Source of the DNA: Macrostomum lignano
Lineage: Eukaryota
Assembly (NCBI GenBank): GCA_002269645.1
Contig: NIVC01003159.1
Span: 1 to 64,000 of the forward strand
Reading direction: 5' to 3'
Length of the DNA: 64,000 bases
The notes beneath the pieces were generated by a model. That model was not told the DNA's origin. It made no database searches and saw nothing but the letters and a program-made list of their open reading frames with translations. Positions within the stretch are counted from its first letter, which is position 1, and every line of letters begins with the position of its first letter. The position numbers and the translations under genes were made by a program. Below, piece after piece: positions 48,583 through 60,416 of this stretch.

Positions 48583-49539
48583 ATTGAATGAATGCAGGCA
48601 TGCAACGATTTTTTACGAAGCAGTAATAAATCAATAAATATTGATTAAATAATTTATTCACTTATTACATGTCGCTGACTTAAATGCCATGTCAAGACAT
48701 ACCATGACACTTTTGACACCAATATGCTATTTTCCTGCATCAAAAGTGCAAACTTTAAAATTGTTCTAGAAATTTCTTATGTACAGTTGAAATGCTCATA
48801 ACTTTCGCGAGTCAAATGGTATTACTGTAAAATTTTATACTTCAATAAAACAAACGTGAAAGAGAATGCGGGTAAAAGTTTAACTTACTTAAACAATCCT
48901 GCTGTACACAGCGAACTATTAATTTAGTTTGCACACAAACTGTGCCAAAATACTCCAAACTAACGCTAACTGAAATTGGCTTATGCACCAAACAGGCAGA
49001 CTGGCCAAATCAAAGTGTTTGTACGAAACACGACTCAAGCAAACAGGTGCAAATCTGCAGTGCCAAACAAATCAGTCGAGATGAGACTCGATTGCCGGGC
49101 GGGATTTGAAAATAAAATCTGATCTGCTACAATTCAGGCCTTGAAGAATTTTAAATTTTTGCTTGAATTTATGCAAATAATACTAATTAATTTTCATATT
49201 CAATCCATAGGTTTTTTCGAATCGCGACGGAAAAAAAAGGCTGAGAATCGACATGAGAACTCCTCATTGAATAGAATAATCAGAATGCCTCACTAGGATG
49301 CCTTCCGTGATGTGGGAGCAGTGATGCAGCGCAGATTCTGCAAGCCGCCTTCAGTAAACAACTGCCGAGTCGCTTTGGAAACACGAATTTTAGCGGAAAA
49401 TGCAAAATAAATAACTGAGCATCCCCGTTGCCGCGCCCGCCACCCCAATTGATGATTTGGGAAAATTCATAAAGCCGACAGCCCAAGCAGGTAGCAAGAG
49501 ACGAAATTGCAGCAAGCCTCATCTTCCCAGCCGCTGACA

Positions 49540-50361
49540 ATGCAGGCCTCATCAATTCTGCCGCTTCTCTGCTGCTGCATCGCTTTCGGCCACTCGATAG
49601 GCGCCGAATTCGGCCCGATGGGCTGCTTCGTGGACGGCCCAACTCAAGACCTCCCCGGACTCGAAGGCAGGTCAACCATCGGGCCGTACTCGGTGTCCGG
49701 GTCATTTGTCAGCCTCGGCCACATGACTCTGGAACTGTGCAGCGAGATCTGCGCCTATGGAGACTTTGAGTACTTTGGCATTCAGTTTTCAGTGGAATGC
49801 TTCTGCGGAAACTCGTATGGCTCCCTCGGCCAAGCTGCCGACAGCGACTGTAACATGAACTGCGGCGGCAACTCTGCTCAAATCTGCGGATCAGAGTGGA
49901 GAAACTCCGTGTACCGGCAAGTCTACCTTCGTCCAGGTGAGTGCAATAGTTCTAGCAAAATAGTGAATTGTTCTAGCATGTGCAAGCCCCAGGGCTGATT
50001 TGAACTGTGTTGCATGTCACACAGGATAAATCACACATACAGTACAAAAATTCACTTATTCTAACTGCTCAATCGGCACGTTTCACCAGAATTGCTGTGC
50101 AGCCTCTCTGTCCTTCCAGTCAGCCGGTGTTTCACTATTGCCGATCGAGTCTACCTGAACGTGACCTCCTCCAGCGGGCCCTTCTACCGCACCGAGCAGC
50201 CTGTGATGATAATGGTTGAGTGTCTGATTTGCTGCCGTGCTGACTGTCAGGCCGTGCTGTTCCACCTGGATACCTGCTACCTGCTGAGATTCCCGGTTGT
50301 GCCGCACGAGCTGAAGGCCGTGACTGGAGAATTCGCCGTTCGCGTGCGAGGAACAGCCTGA
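49540..50361 (+). CDS. Secreted WSC-domain + C-terminal PAN-like protein, ~222 aa, 2 exons
   Basis: join(49540..49936,50090..50361) = 669 nt with a phase-1 intron. Signal peptide MQASSILPLLCCCIAFGHSIG. WSC pattern MGCFVD..MTLELCSEIC..YFGIQFSVECFCGN..CNMNCGGNSAQICGSEWRNSVY. PAN-like VECLICCRADCQAVLFHLDTCYLL. The exon 2 acceptor is less certain. Confidence 0.82.
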
Positions 50362-51314
50362 TTCGAAACAAGGACTCGTGGTTGCTGAAGCCTTTTATTG
50401 CTGTGAAGTCTTTGATTTGTAAGACCGTGGGTTGCAAGTCAAGACGAACCTAGATCGTACACACCAGAGCTCTCTCCCTAGCCCTGGCTGACACAAATAT
50501 GTTTAGATAAAACAAATGAGGATGCCTTCCGCCATAGACATGCAGCGACCCACAATAGAAGGATATGTCTATGGTTCCGAGCTTTTGAGCAGCAGTCCTC
50601 GTATTGATGTCATTTCGGCCCTCCGAACCATAGACATCTCGAGGGCCAAGGGAATGCAGTCGAAATTAGCGAGCCAAAATGGGATAGTCTTCAATTTACC
50701 CCTGCTAAAGTTAGAACCATAGACAAAAGTTCCACACTGGCGACTGCGTGCATGCATGTGTGTTGATCGGCCTTAAAAATCTAGGCACAATGGAGAAAGA
50801 GCATGCGCCTTCTCCAGAAGATTACTGACGTCCAATTGAAAATCCAAAATTTGACCTCTGCAAAACTTTAACTGCTTTAGTTAAAGTTTGTAGTAGACGG
50901 GAAAATTCAGATAAAAGTCTGCAAAAAATTCTGATTTTTTAAGCTTTATGTAACACTTTGAGGGTAATTATATCATAGTACTTTAACTGTCTCTTTGACT
51001 GTCTCTTTGATTGCCTTATAGCTTAACTTTATTTTGAACTTGTGCTCTCTCCATCACACTGAGAGGGCAACTTTATAACAGTTTTCAATATTTTTGGTTT
51101 GAAATCCAACAATTTCAGTTCAGTGTCTGATAAAATAAAAAAATTGTTAACCATGTCAGTCAACAGCTATGACGTCGTCAGCAAAAGAACAGCCAATGTC
51201 ACGTGACTGCCGCTCTGTGCCGCACTAAGGCCGCACTAAGCAATTCACACCTCATATTATCATGCATATTTCTTATCATGCAGTTAGGCTTAAAATGACT
51301 GCAGCTCGTTGTCC

Positions 51315-51740
51315 TTGGTGTGGTGTCCATGACTGCAGATATATGTCCTTGGTGTGGTGTCCATGACTGTGCAGATGGATGTCCTGGGTGTGGTGTCCAT
51401 GACTGCAGATGGATGTCCTTGGTGTGGTGTCCATGGCTGGAGATGGATGTCCTTGGTGTGGTGTCCATGGCTGCAGATGGATGTCCTTGTTGTGGTGTCC
51501 ATGACTGCAGATGGATGTCCTGTGTGTGGTGTCCATGACTGTAGATGGATGTCCTGTGTGTGGTGTCCATTACTGCAGATGGATGTCCTGTATGTGGTGT
51601 CCATGACTGCAGATGGATGTCCTGTGTGTGGTGTCCATGACTGTAGATGGATGTCCTGTGTGTGGTGTCCATTACTGCAGATGGATGTCCTGTATGTGGT
51701 GTGTGGTGTCCATTACTGCAGATGGATGTCCTGGGTGTGG
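51315..51740. repeat. 34-bp minisatellite (GATGGATGTCCTGTGTGTGGTGTCCATGACTGCA)n
   Basis: About 12 copies. Confidence 0.93.
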
Positions 51741-52082
51741 TGTACAGGAGTTGGATCGTTTGAGGCTTCTTGTTGAACCCATACCGCTATTTAAGAGGTG
51801 TACATCGTTACATAATGAGAGCCGGTAATAAATGCTGATAAAATCCAAAATATTATATAACTAAAATAGCTACTGCAGTTTTTATCAAAATTTAAAACAG
51901 ATTTTAACAAGCTCTTCATTGATTTGAGCAACTGAGCTGCTAGCGGTAGCTCGTAATTTGAACCGCCCTTAAGAAGTGCATTGTGTTTCTGCATTTTTTA
52001 AATTTCTTTATTACCTGCTACAGTAACAGTATATTTGTTATGGAAAATGATAGGATAGAATGATAGGATAAAATGATAGGTT

Positions 52083-52848
52083 GGGGTGGCTATTTTTACA
52101 AACTGGCTGAAGCCCCAGGCAGAGTGACCAAAGAAGGTTATTGGGGGTTAAAAAAGCAGTTTTCTGCTTTTTTAGGGACGTTAAAATGTGAAAATTAAAA
52201 ATTAAAATAGCCTAAAGCCTGCTCCGGAAAATTTGCAGTTTTCCCATATAAGTTTCGACGCTGACTTGCCAGAATTGTAGGAGTTCACTTGCAACAGACA
52301 GACACACAAACATCGCGTCAGTTTTAGTATTAGTACGAGTGGAACTCCTCCTTCGGAGGAGAAAGGGGAAGAACTCCCATCACCGGAATTCCATTCCCTG
52401 AATTATCCATCAACTGAAATTCCATGTCTTGAATCCCATCTTCCAAATCGTCTCCAAATTCTTTACAAACCTTTAAAAGACCATAGCTCAAAGACTCTTA
52501 CGTCTCTCATATCTACTCTCTCCTCTCTTCGCTATTATCGTGACTCGCTTCTCTCTCCTCTCTCTCATCTCATCTCTACCCCTACTCTCTTATTTATCTC
52601 TACTCCCTTATTTATCTCTTCTCCCTCGTCTTTCGTCTTTCTCTTCTCCCTCTCCTGTTTACTCTCCTATCTTCAATCTTATCTCTCCCCTTTTCTCTCC
52701 TCTCTCATATCTCATCTCTAATCACTTATCTATCGTCTCCGCTCTACTTTCTCTCTTTCCTTTTCTCTCTTCTCTCTGCTCTCATTTCTCGTATCTCTTA
52801 TACGCTCTCAACCTCTCCTTTCTTATCTCCCATTTTTCTTCCCTCCTT
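52083..52848 (+). repeat. Dispersed duplication joining two segments of FReP-A intron 2 in permuted order
   Basis: 52083-52333 matches 41063-41321; 52335-52848 matches 38908-39422 with only a few substitutions. Confidence 0.9.
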
Positions 52849-53245
52849 TTTCTCTTTTCTTATACAGTCCTGCGGGGGGGGATTCTTGAGCAGAAGTAGC
52901 TCAAGTATCTGTGGTTGTCTTTGTGTTGCTGTCAGAGTTTTTAAGCTTCGAAGTGATTTATAATTGATTCAATTCTTACTGTCAATTGTGCTTGAGTCTG
53001 ATCGTAATGGGTAATTTTCGGTCCGCAAAAACGAATCACTTTGCCTCAGCTTGCAATGCAGGTCACCCACTTTAACTGGTTTAGACCCTCGTCGCGCAGC
53101 TTAAGTTCAGTGAGGGGACACTTTTTGACAAGTCTGCGCTTCTTATGACCACCTAATTAACAGCCTCTGCTTACTCCAGTTAGCTGAGCACCACCGTTTT
53201 AAAAGCTGGAATCTTTGAGCTAAGTTTGAGATCAATTGAACTTAC

Positions 53246-54888
53246 TTCGTATACGAGATGATTTTTTCGAGCCTCCTTCAAGTCCTCGGCGAAGAATGAT
53301 GAAGCGGTGGCTCGTGCTTCTGACTCCATCACGGCCGTAGCTTAATTTGGCCAAACCTGTAGCCTGTCCTGGTCGGGAACTGCTAGCCGGATGCTGACCT
53401 AAACAACTGGCTCCCCACACAGCTACTGTACGGAGTCTCGTGTCATTAAGCGTGCGGTCATTCCGTTTCAATGGCGAGAAATAGAAAGTTTCTGACCTCT
53501 GTCTGATGATTGTCGATAAGATTGGTTAATTGGGTGTTTGATCCGTATTCACTAATTATTCTTTCTTTGATTCTGTTCCCGTCATATTTCAGCTGGACTC
53601 CTCTTGTAGTTGTGGATATCAGATAGAGCAGGGCGACGAACATAGCGCAGGCCAGAAGGCAGACCATCTGCGAGATGCGAAGTTGTTTGAGACGATCGCT
53701 TATCATGGAGACATCGTTCTATCGTGGTTATCCGGTGCAAGGGGTCTTGGGTTTTTTGGGTAGAAAAAGATGTCGATAATTATCAGTTTGCTTAAATAAT
53801 TGATGCATACCGCATTCTTTAGATATAAAGATCTGAGATCATGCTCAGACTTGCTCCATTGCCTACTCTTGTCTGTACATGCAAATAATTATTTGATTAC
53901 ATAAATTTGAACATGCACCTAACGTACTCGAAAGCGTTTGCGCATTTTGAGCCTTTGAGAGAGCTTGCTTGTTCACTTGCTCCGGGTAAGGAGTTCGTGA
54001 CTGAGAATGAGCCGCCCCTTAACATGTAATAGTTTGACTGGATACTGGTAAGCTCCCAAGCAAACAACGATGAACCCCTGATGATTGGTAGCCGTCGAAG
54101 GATGTCATCTTCACCGCTTGGCCGTCTCAGTGCACCCGCATCAAGGAGCAACGGCTCTCAAAGAACTATACAGGAGGAAGGCGGGCGCAGAATCACGTTA
54201 CCTTTAGATCACTTGAGGCCAATGCTAAGACGGCGTATCGACGCCATCAAGCCGCTGGAGTCATTTCAAAGTGGTGCCTGAACAGTGAGCAGTCCAACGA
54301 TGCAGCAACTGCTCCCAAACTCCTGAAACTGCTGGCAATTCGCTGAAAAGCGAATGGTTTTAAACAAGGTTACCAACCGGAAACCAACAACTCGCAGCTC
54401 TGCTCAACAATGCACATCAATGTACATCTGTACATATGTACATTTCATATAGTCATCATTCTGCCTGGCAGCTCGCACACCACTAACTACATTTAGATAT
54501 TCTGTTTGCAAACAGATCTTTGCCAACCAAGAGGGACAAGAGACTAACTAACGCAGCCTTTTAACTCACTAACTGACATCCCTTTGTTTTGAAACTTTTT
54601 TTTAATAATAGCGTCGTCACAGTAAAAAAGTGTGTAAAATACTGAACAAGATTGGCTCACGATCTTGAGCGCAATTCTCCAGTTGTACAGGACGCTAAGA
54701 ATAGCCAGGATGCCCATCGCTAAGTTGGCCAGGTTAATGAAAGCCATAAAAAGTTCTTCCGCGTTAGTGGACGACAGTGTTATAGCCAAAGTGATAGCAG
54801 ATGAGGTTAAGCTAACGACGGACAGGACGATGAGGGCTCCGTAACTGCCAATGGCGATGTACTTGACAGTTGCACCTAACAGGTGCAT
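53246..54888 (-). pseudogene. Tetraspanin-like 4TM gene, paralog 1 (probable pseudogene)
   Basis: Exons 54661..54888 (TM1-2, ends GILAILSVLYNWRIALKI|gtgag) and 53497..53667 (MVCLLACAMF..EYGSN..IDNHQTE|gtcag) are intact and homologous to paralog 2. The third exon 53246..53425 has in-frame stops and lacks CCG/PDSCC but ends AEDLKEARKNHLVYE|gtaag. No TM4 exon was confidently found. Confidence 0.65.
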
Positions 54889-56095
54889 TCTCTGCTCCTA
54901 GATTGGAAAGCTTTCACGAGCTTTTACGTAAATTTACAGCCGCTTTTCTTCGAATCACGCAAGAGTTCTTTTTGCATATTTAATTTACCGCTGTTACTAT
55001 TTTTTTCCATAGACAAAGAAACCTCACACCGTGTAGTGTCTCTCGTGTGTGTAACCTCACACACGAGAGAATATTTTTATTATATGCTATTGCTTTTCAG
55101 GCCAAAAATGCTTGTCAGATTGCGCAAACTATACATAAAAGGTAAAGACATGCATTGTAGCAGTCCTAAGCCTGCCGAAACGAGGGTGAAAGCAGCGATG
55201 TCTACCCGCCAGCAAAAGTTGTCTATGGCCCCAAGTGGGCACAAAGAAACTATGTGTATATTTTGAGCTAATATTTGCATTAACATGAGATATTAACATT
55301 AACATGAGATAAACATTAGATATATATATAGTCCATTGACAGTCTTTAGATTTCTCACGCGGAATACCTTCTGACCTTAGTTTGATTGATTAAAGTTAAA
55401 CGTACAATTTTCAAGCTTGCAATTTCCAAACAGTGAGCTTGCACTCTGGGAACTGCCGACTGCAATAGAGTAGTTGGTAGCAGATCTCGTGAATGAGTTC
55501 TTAGTCGGCACAACAGACCTAGTCGAGCAGTCGGTAGCCGATCTCTCGATTACGTCTCCAGTCGATACAACCGACCTGTTCGATCCGGTAAAGCTTGTTT
55601 CAGACCGGCCTGGAACAGCCAGTCGACGACTAATAGTGTGTCAATTCACGAAACAGGTTTCCAACGTGATCTTCCGGTGTAGGATTGCGTAGTTCCTCAT
55701 CAATTAGCCTCTCTTGCTCATCCGTCAGCCCTGTCCATTGATTGATTCTGTCGACATGGTCCCGAGGATCGAGATGCGTGATGAAATCGAGCTCATCTGA
55801 GCTCAATCCACTAATTTCGTCTTCGCGTATTGAAGAATAACGCAGCATATTCAACAAACAGTAAAGGAATAAAAACACGATGGATTTTTCTTTCTAACAT
55901 GACTTCAACATGACTTAATATGACAGGTCTCGAGTGCTTAGGCCATAGACAAGTCAAGAAGAAGCGGGCGAGAAATGAAGCCAATAGCTTACTTCAAATG
56001 GAATTTGACCATAGAATGGATTCAGCGGGCGTGAAATGGTATTTCTCGCCCGCTGCGTTGGCAGGCTTAGATTGGCTACAATACTAATATACTCG

Positions 56096-56164
56096 TAGTT
56101 AGGCTGTCTTGGGCAGAAATGAGCGAAACAGACGCGCTCATTTCTGCCCAAGACAGCCTAACTA
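56096..56164. other. Perfect 30-bp-stem hairpin (69 nt)
   Basis: TAGTTAGGCTGTCTTGGGCAGAAATGAGCG, 9-nt loop, then its exact reverse complement. Confidence 0.9.
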
Positions 56165-57462
56165 TATTAATATATTATGATAGTTTTTTAAACTAGACGT
56201 GCCATAATTTGAGGTAATCTAAGTTCGCCCAGCTGGGCCGTCCGAGCTGCTCCGTCAGCCTCCATTTCGAAAAACTGCAGAACGAGGAATCAAAATTAGC
56301 AGTGACATTCGAATGAATGAAACAAAGTCTGCAGTGGAAGGAAATTTCGTCTCTGCCTGGTGCATTTTTTGCGGCGGAGATGTCTGTACAGTAGCAGCGG
56401 GGTTGCGGCAAGGATGTCGCCAGCGGATCATGCAAAATTGATTGATTTATTAATTAGCTTCACGCAACCTCCACGGCACCAGAGCAATTAACAATAATCT
56501 GTAATAATCCAAGGTCGCTTGGACGGACCGAGCCAGCTGCATTGGAAACCCGCTGGTCGTTGATCTTGAAGGAGGCGCACAGCAGGCCAGCGTGCGCCGT
56601 GTCAAACTTGCTGTCCGAGCGAGTCCGTCACTCGTAAAACAAGACGGCTTTAAACACCGCCAGGAACAAGGGCTGCCTTATTACTTAAAAGTGTCTTTTT
56701 GATGGGGTTTGTTTCGTCTACTCAAAGTTGGTGAGCTTATTAGAAGGATAAAGCCCAAATTTAATTTGCCACTTGCTGCAGGTTGGGTAATACGCATTAT
56801 TTTTTTGCAGACAGTATATCTAGGTAAGTCCGGTGCAATATATTACCTTAAATTTCTCGTTTTGCACTCTAATCTGTGTATTTCTGGTAAAAAAATAAAG
56901 CAATACTTTGAAGGTACCGAATATACTTGTATTGCTGTAGCACCAGCAGCGAATATATTAATTCAAAATAGTGTCCTGGTTTCTGCAAGCATGTCTTATT
57001 AAAAGCAACTGAAAAATTGCTGCGCGCCTAAAATTATTTTTATTCTATACTTAAGCACACAAGTCAACTTTTGTGGATTTACCAGTAGGACATTTTCCAC
57101 GACCTTTGGAAAATTCAAAACTTACTCAGACGGGCCTATGATGCTCACCATTGTGGAGGCGACGCACATGGCCTGAAATGCAACAAGTCAGTTTTCAAAG
57201 AGACGGAGACAGAAGAATCAGGTCTGCATAGCATGGAACAAGCTGTTGGAATGCCTGCTAAGGCAGCATTGCGGATGTTACCTGGCAAAGGGATGTGAAG
57301 ACGGCCCATAGCGAGATCATTAAATCGTAAAAGGCATCCTTGTTGCTGATCTTTGTCAGACAGTCCTGTTGAAGGTGAATTTTTTATTAATGATTTCTTG
57401 CCGAGTCAGCTTCGCTTCTGCCCTGCAGATTTTGCGTGTTATAATGATGCGCTGATGGGTTA

Positions 57463-60416
57463 TGTTGGCGTGTTGGAGCTGTGCAGTGAGGATCGGTCAG
57501 GACTGTGTTGGAGCTGTGCAGTGAGGATCGGTCAGGACTGTGTTGGTGTGTTGGAGCTGTGCAGTGAGGATCGGTCAGGACTGTGTTGGAGCTGTGCAGT
57601 GAGAATCAGTCAGGACTGTGTTGGAGCTGTGCAGTGAGGATCAGTCAGGACTGTGTTGGTGTGTTGCAGCTGTGCAGTGAGGATCGGTCAGGACTGTGTT
57701 GCAGCTGTGCAGTGAGGATCGGTCAGGACTGTGTTGCAGCTGTGCAGTGAGGATCGGTCAGGACTGTGTTGGAGCTGTGCAGTGAGGATCAGTCAGGACT
57801 GTGTTGGTGTGTTGCAGCTGTGCAGTGAGGATCGGTCAGGACTGTGTTGCAGCTGTGCAGTGAGGATCGGTCAGGACTGTGTTGGTGTGTTGCAGCTGTG
57901 CAGTGAGGATCGGTCAGGACTGTGTTGCAGCTGTGCAGTGAGGATCGGTCAGGACTGTGTTGCAGCTGTGCAGTGAGGATCGGTCAGGACTGTGTTGGAG
58001 CTGTGCAGTGAGGATCAGTCAGGACTGTGTTGGTGTGTTGCAGCTGTGCAGTGAGGATCGGTCAGGACTGTGTTGCAGCTGTGCAGTGAGGATCGGTCAG
58101 GACTGTGTTGGAGCTGTGCAGTGAGGATCGGTCAGGACTGTGTTGCAGCTGTGCAGTGAGGATCGGTCAGGACTGTGTTGGAGCTGTGCAGTGAGGATCA
58201 GTCAGGACTGTGTTGGTGTGTTGGAGCTGTGCAGTGAGGATTGGTCAGGACTGTGTTGGCGTGTTGGAGCTGTGCAGTAAGGATGGGTCAGGACTGTGTT
58301 GGTGTGTTGGAGCTGTGCAGTGAGGATCGGTCAGGACTGTGTTGGTGTATTGGAGCTGTGCAGTGAGGATTGGTCAGGCTGTGTTGGAGCTGTGCAGTGA
58401 GGATCGGTCAGGACTATGTTGGAGCTGTGCAGTGAGGATCAGTCAGGACTGTGTTGGTGTGTTGGAGCTGTGCAGTGAGGATCGGTCAGGACTGTGTTGG
58501 AGCTGTGCAGTGAGGATTGGTCAGGACTGTGTTGGAGCTGTACAGTGAGGATCGGTCAGGACTGTGTTGGTGTTTTGGAGCTGTGCAGTGAGAATCGGTC
58601 AGGACTTTGTTGGAGCTGTGCAGTGAGGATTGGTCAGGACTGTGTTGGTGTTTTGGAGCTGTGCAGTGAGGATCGGTCAGGGCTGTGTTGGAGTGTTGGA
58701 GCTGTGCAGTGAGGATCGGTCAGGACTGTGTTGGTGTATTGGAGCTGTGCAGTGAGGATTGGTCAGGGCTGTGTTGGAGCTGTGCAGTGAGGATTGGTCA
58801 GGACTGTGCTGGAGCTGTGCAGTGAGGATCGGTCAGGACTGTGTTGGAGCTGTGCAGTGAGGATCGGTCAGGACTGTGTTGGAGCTGTGCAGTGAGGATC
58901 GGTCAGGACTGTGTTGGAGCTGTGCAGTGAGGATTGGTCAGGACTGTGTTGGAGCTGTACAGTGAGGATCGGTCAGGACTGTGTTGGTGTTTTGGAGCTG
59001 TGCAGTGAGGATCGGTCAGGACTGTGTTGGTGTGTTGGAGCTGTGCAGTGAGGATTGGTCAGGACTGTGTTGGAGCTGTACAGTGAGGATCGGTCAGGAC
59101 TGTGTTGGTGTTTTGGAGCTGTGCAGTGAGGATCGGTCAGGACTGTGTTGGTGTGTTGGAGCTGTGCAGTGAGGATTGGTCAGGACTGTGTTGGTGTGTT
59201 GGAGCTGTGCAGTGAGGATCGGTCAGGACTGTGTTGGTGTATTGGAGCTGTGCAGTGATGGTGTGTTGGAGCTGTGCAGTGATGGTGTGTTGGAGCTGTG
59301 CAGTGAGGATTGGTCAGGACTGTGTTGGTGTATTGGAGCTGTGCATTGAGGATTGGTCAGGACTGTGTTGGTGTGTTGGAGCTGTGCAGTGAGGATTGGT
59401 CAGGACTGTGTTGCAGCTGTGCAGTGAGGATCGGTCAGGACTGTGTTGGAGCTGTGCAGTGAGGATCGGTCAGGACTGTGTTGGAGCTGTGCAGTGAGGA
59501 TCAGTCAGGACTGTGTTGGAGCTGTGCAGTGAGGATCGGTCAGGACTGTGTTGGAGCTGTGCAGTGAGGATCAGTCAGGACTGTGTTGGAGCTGTGCAGT
59601 GAGGATCGGTCAGGACTGTGTTGGAGCTGTGCAGTGAGGATCGGTCAGGGCTGTGTTGGAGCTGTGCAGTGAGGATCAGTCAGGACTGTGTTGGAGCTGT
59701 GCAGTGAGGATCGGTCAGGACTGTGTTGGAGTGTTGGAGCTGTGCAGTGAGGATCGGTCAGGACTGTGTTGGAGCTGTGCAGTGAGGATCGGTCAGGACT
59801 GTGTTGGTGTGTTGGAGCTGTGCAGTGATGGTGTGTTGGAGCTGTGCAGTGATGGTGTGTTGGAGCTGTGCAGTGAGGATTGGTCAGGACTGTGTTGGTG
59901 TATTGGAGCTGTGCATTGAGGATTGGTCAGGACTGTGTTGGTGTGTTGGAGCTGTGCAGTGAGGATTGGTCAGGACTGTGTTGCAGCTGTGCAGTGAGGA
60001 TCGGTCAGGACTGTGTTGGAGCTGTGCAGTGAGGATCGGTCAGGACTGTGTTGGAGCTGTGCAGTGAGGATCAGTCAGGACTGTGTTGGAGCTGTGCAGT
60101 GAGGATCGGTCAGGACTGTGTTGGAGCTGTGCAGTGAGGATCAGTCAGGACTGTGTTGGAGCTGTGCAGTGAGGATCGGTCAGGACTGTGTTGGAGCTGT
60201 GCAGTGAGGATCGGTCAGGGCTGTGTTGGAGCTGTGCAGTGAGGATCAGTCAGGACTGTGTTGGAGCTGTGCAGTGAGGATCGGTCAGGACTGTGTTGGA
60301 GTGTTGGAGCTGTGCAGTGAGGATCGGTCAGGACTGTGTTGGAGCTGTGCAGTGAGGATCGGTCAGGACTGTGTTGGAGTGTTGGAGCTGTGCAGTGAGG
60401 ATCGGTCAGGACTGTG
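57463..60416. repeat. 35/43-bp minisatellite (GGAGCTGTGCAGTGAGGATCGGTCAGGACTGTGTT +/- GGTGTGTT), ~2.95 kb
   Basis: Fills nearly all of the tetraspanin-like intron 57366-60518. Confidence 0.97.

Noticed and set aside
53246-53425. Alternative genetic code (TAA/TAG = Gln) to rescue the three in-frame stops
   Set aside because: The neighbouring FReP-B gene ends in TAA, and read-through would still not restore CCG or PDSCC.
56296-56383. Possible extra terminal exon of tetraspanin-like paralog 2 via a GTAAG donor at 57125
   Set aside because: The phase is compatible, but unspliced reading gives GPSE-stop with a normal short tail, so the exon is not needed. RNA-seq would decide.
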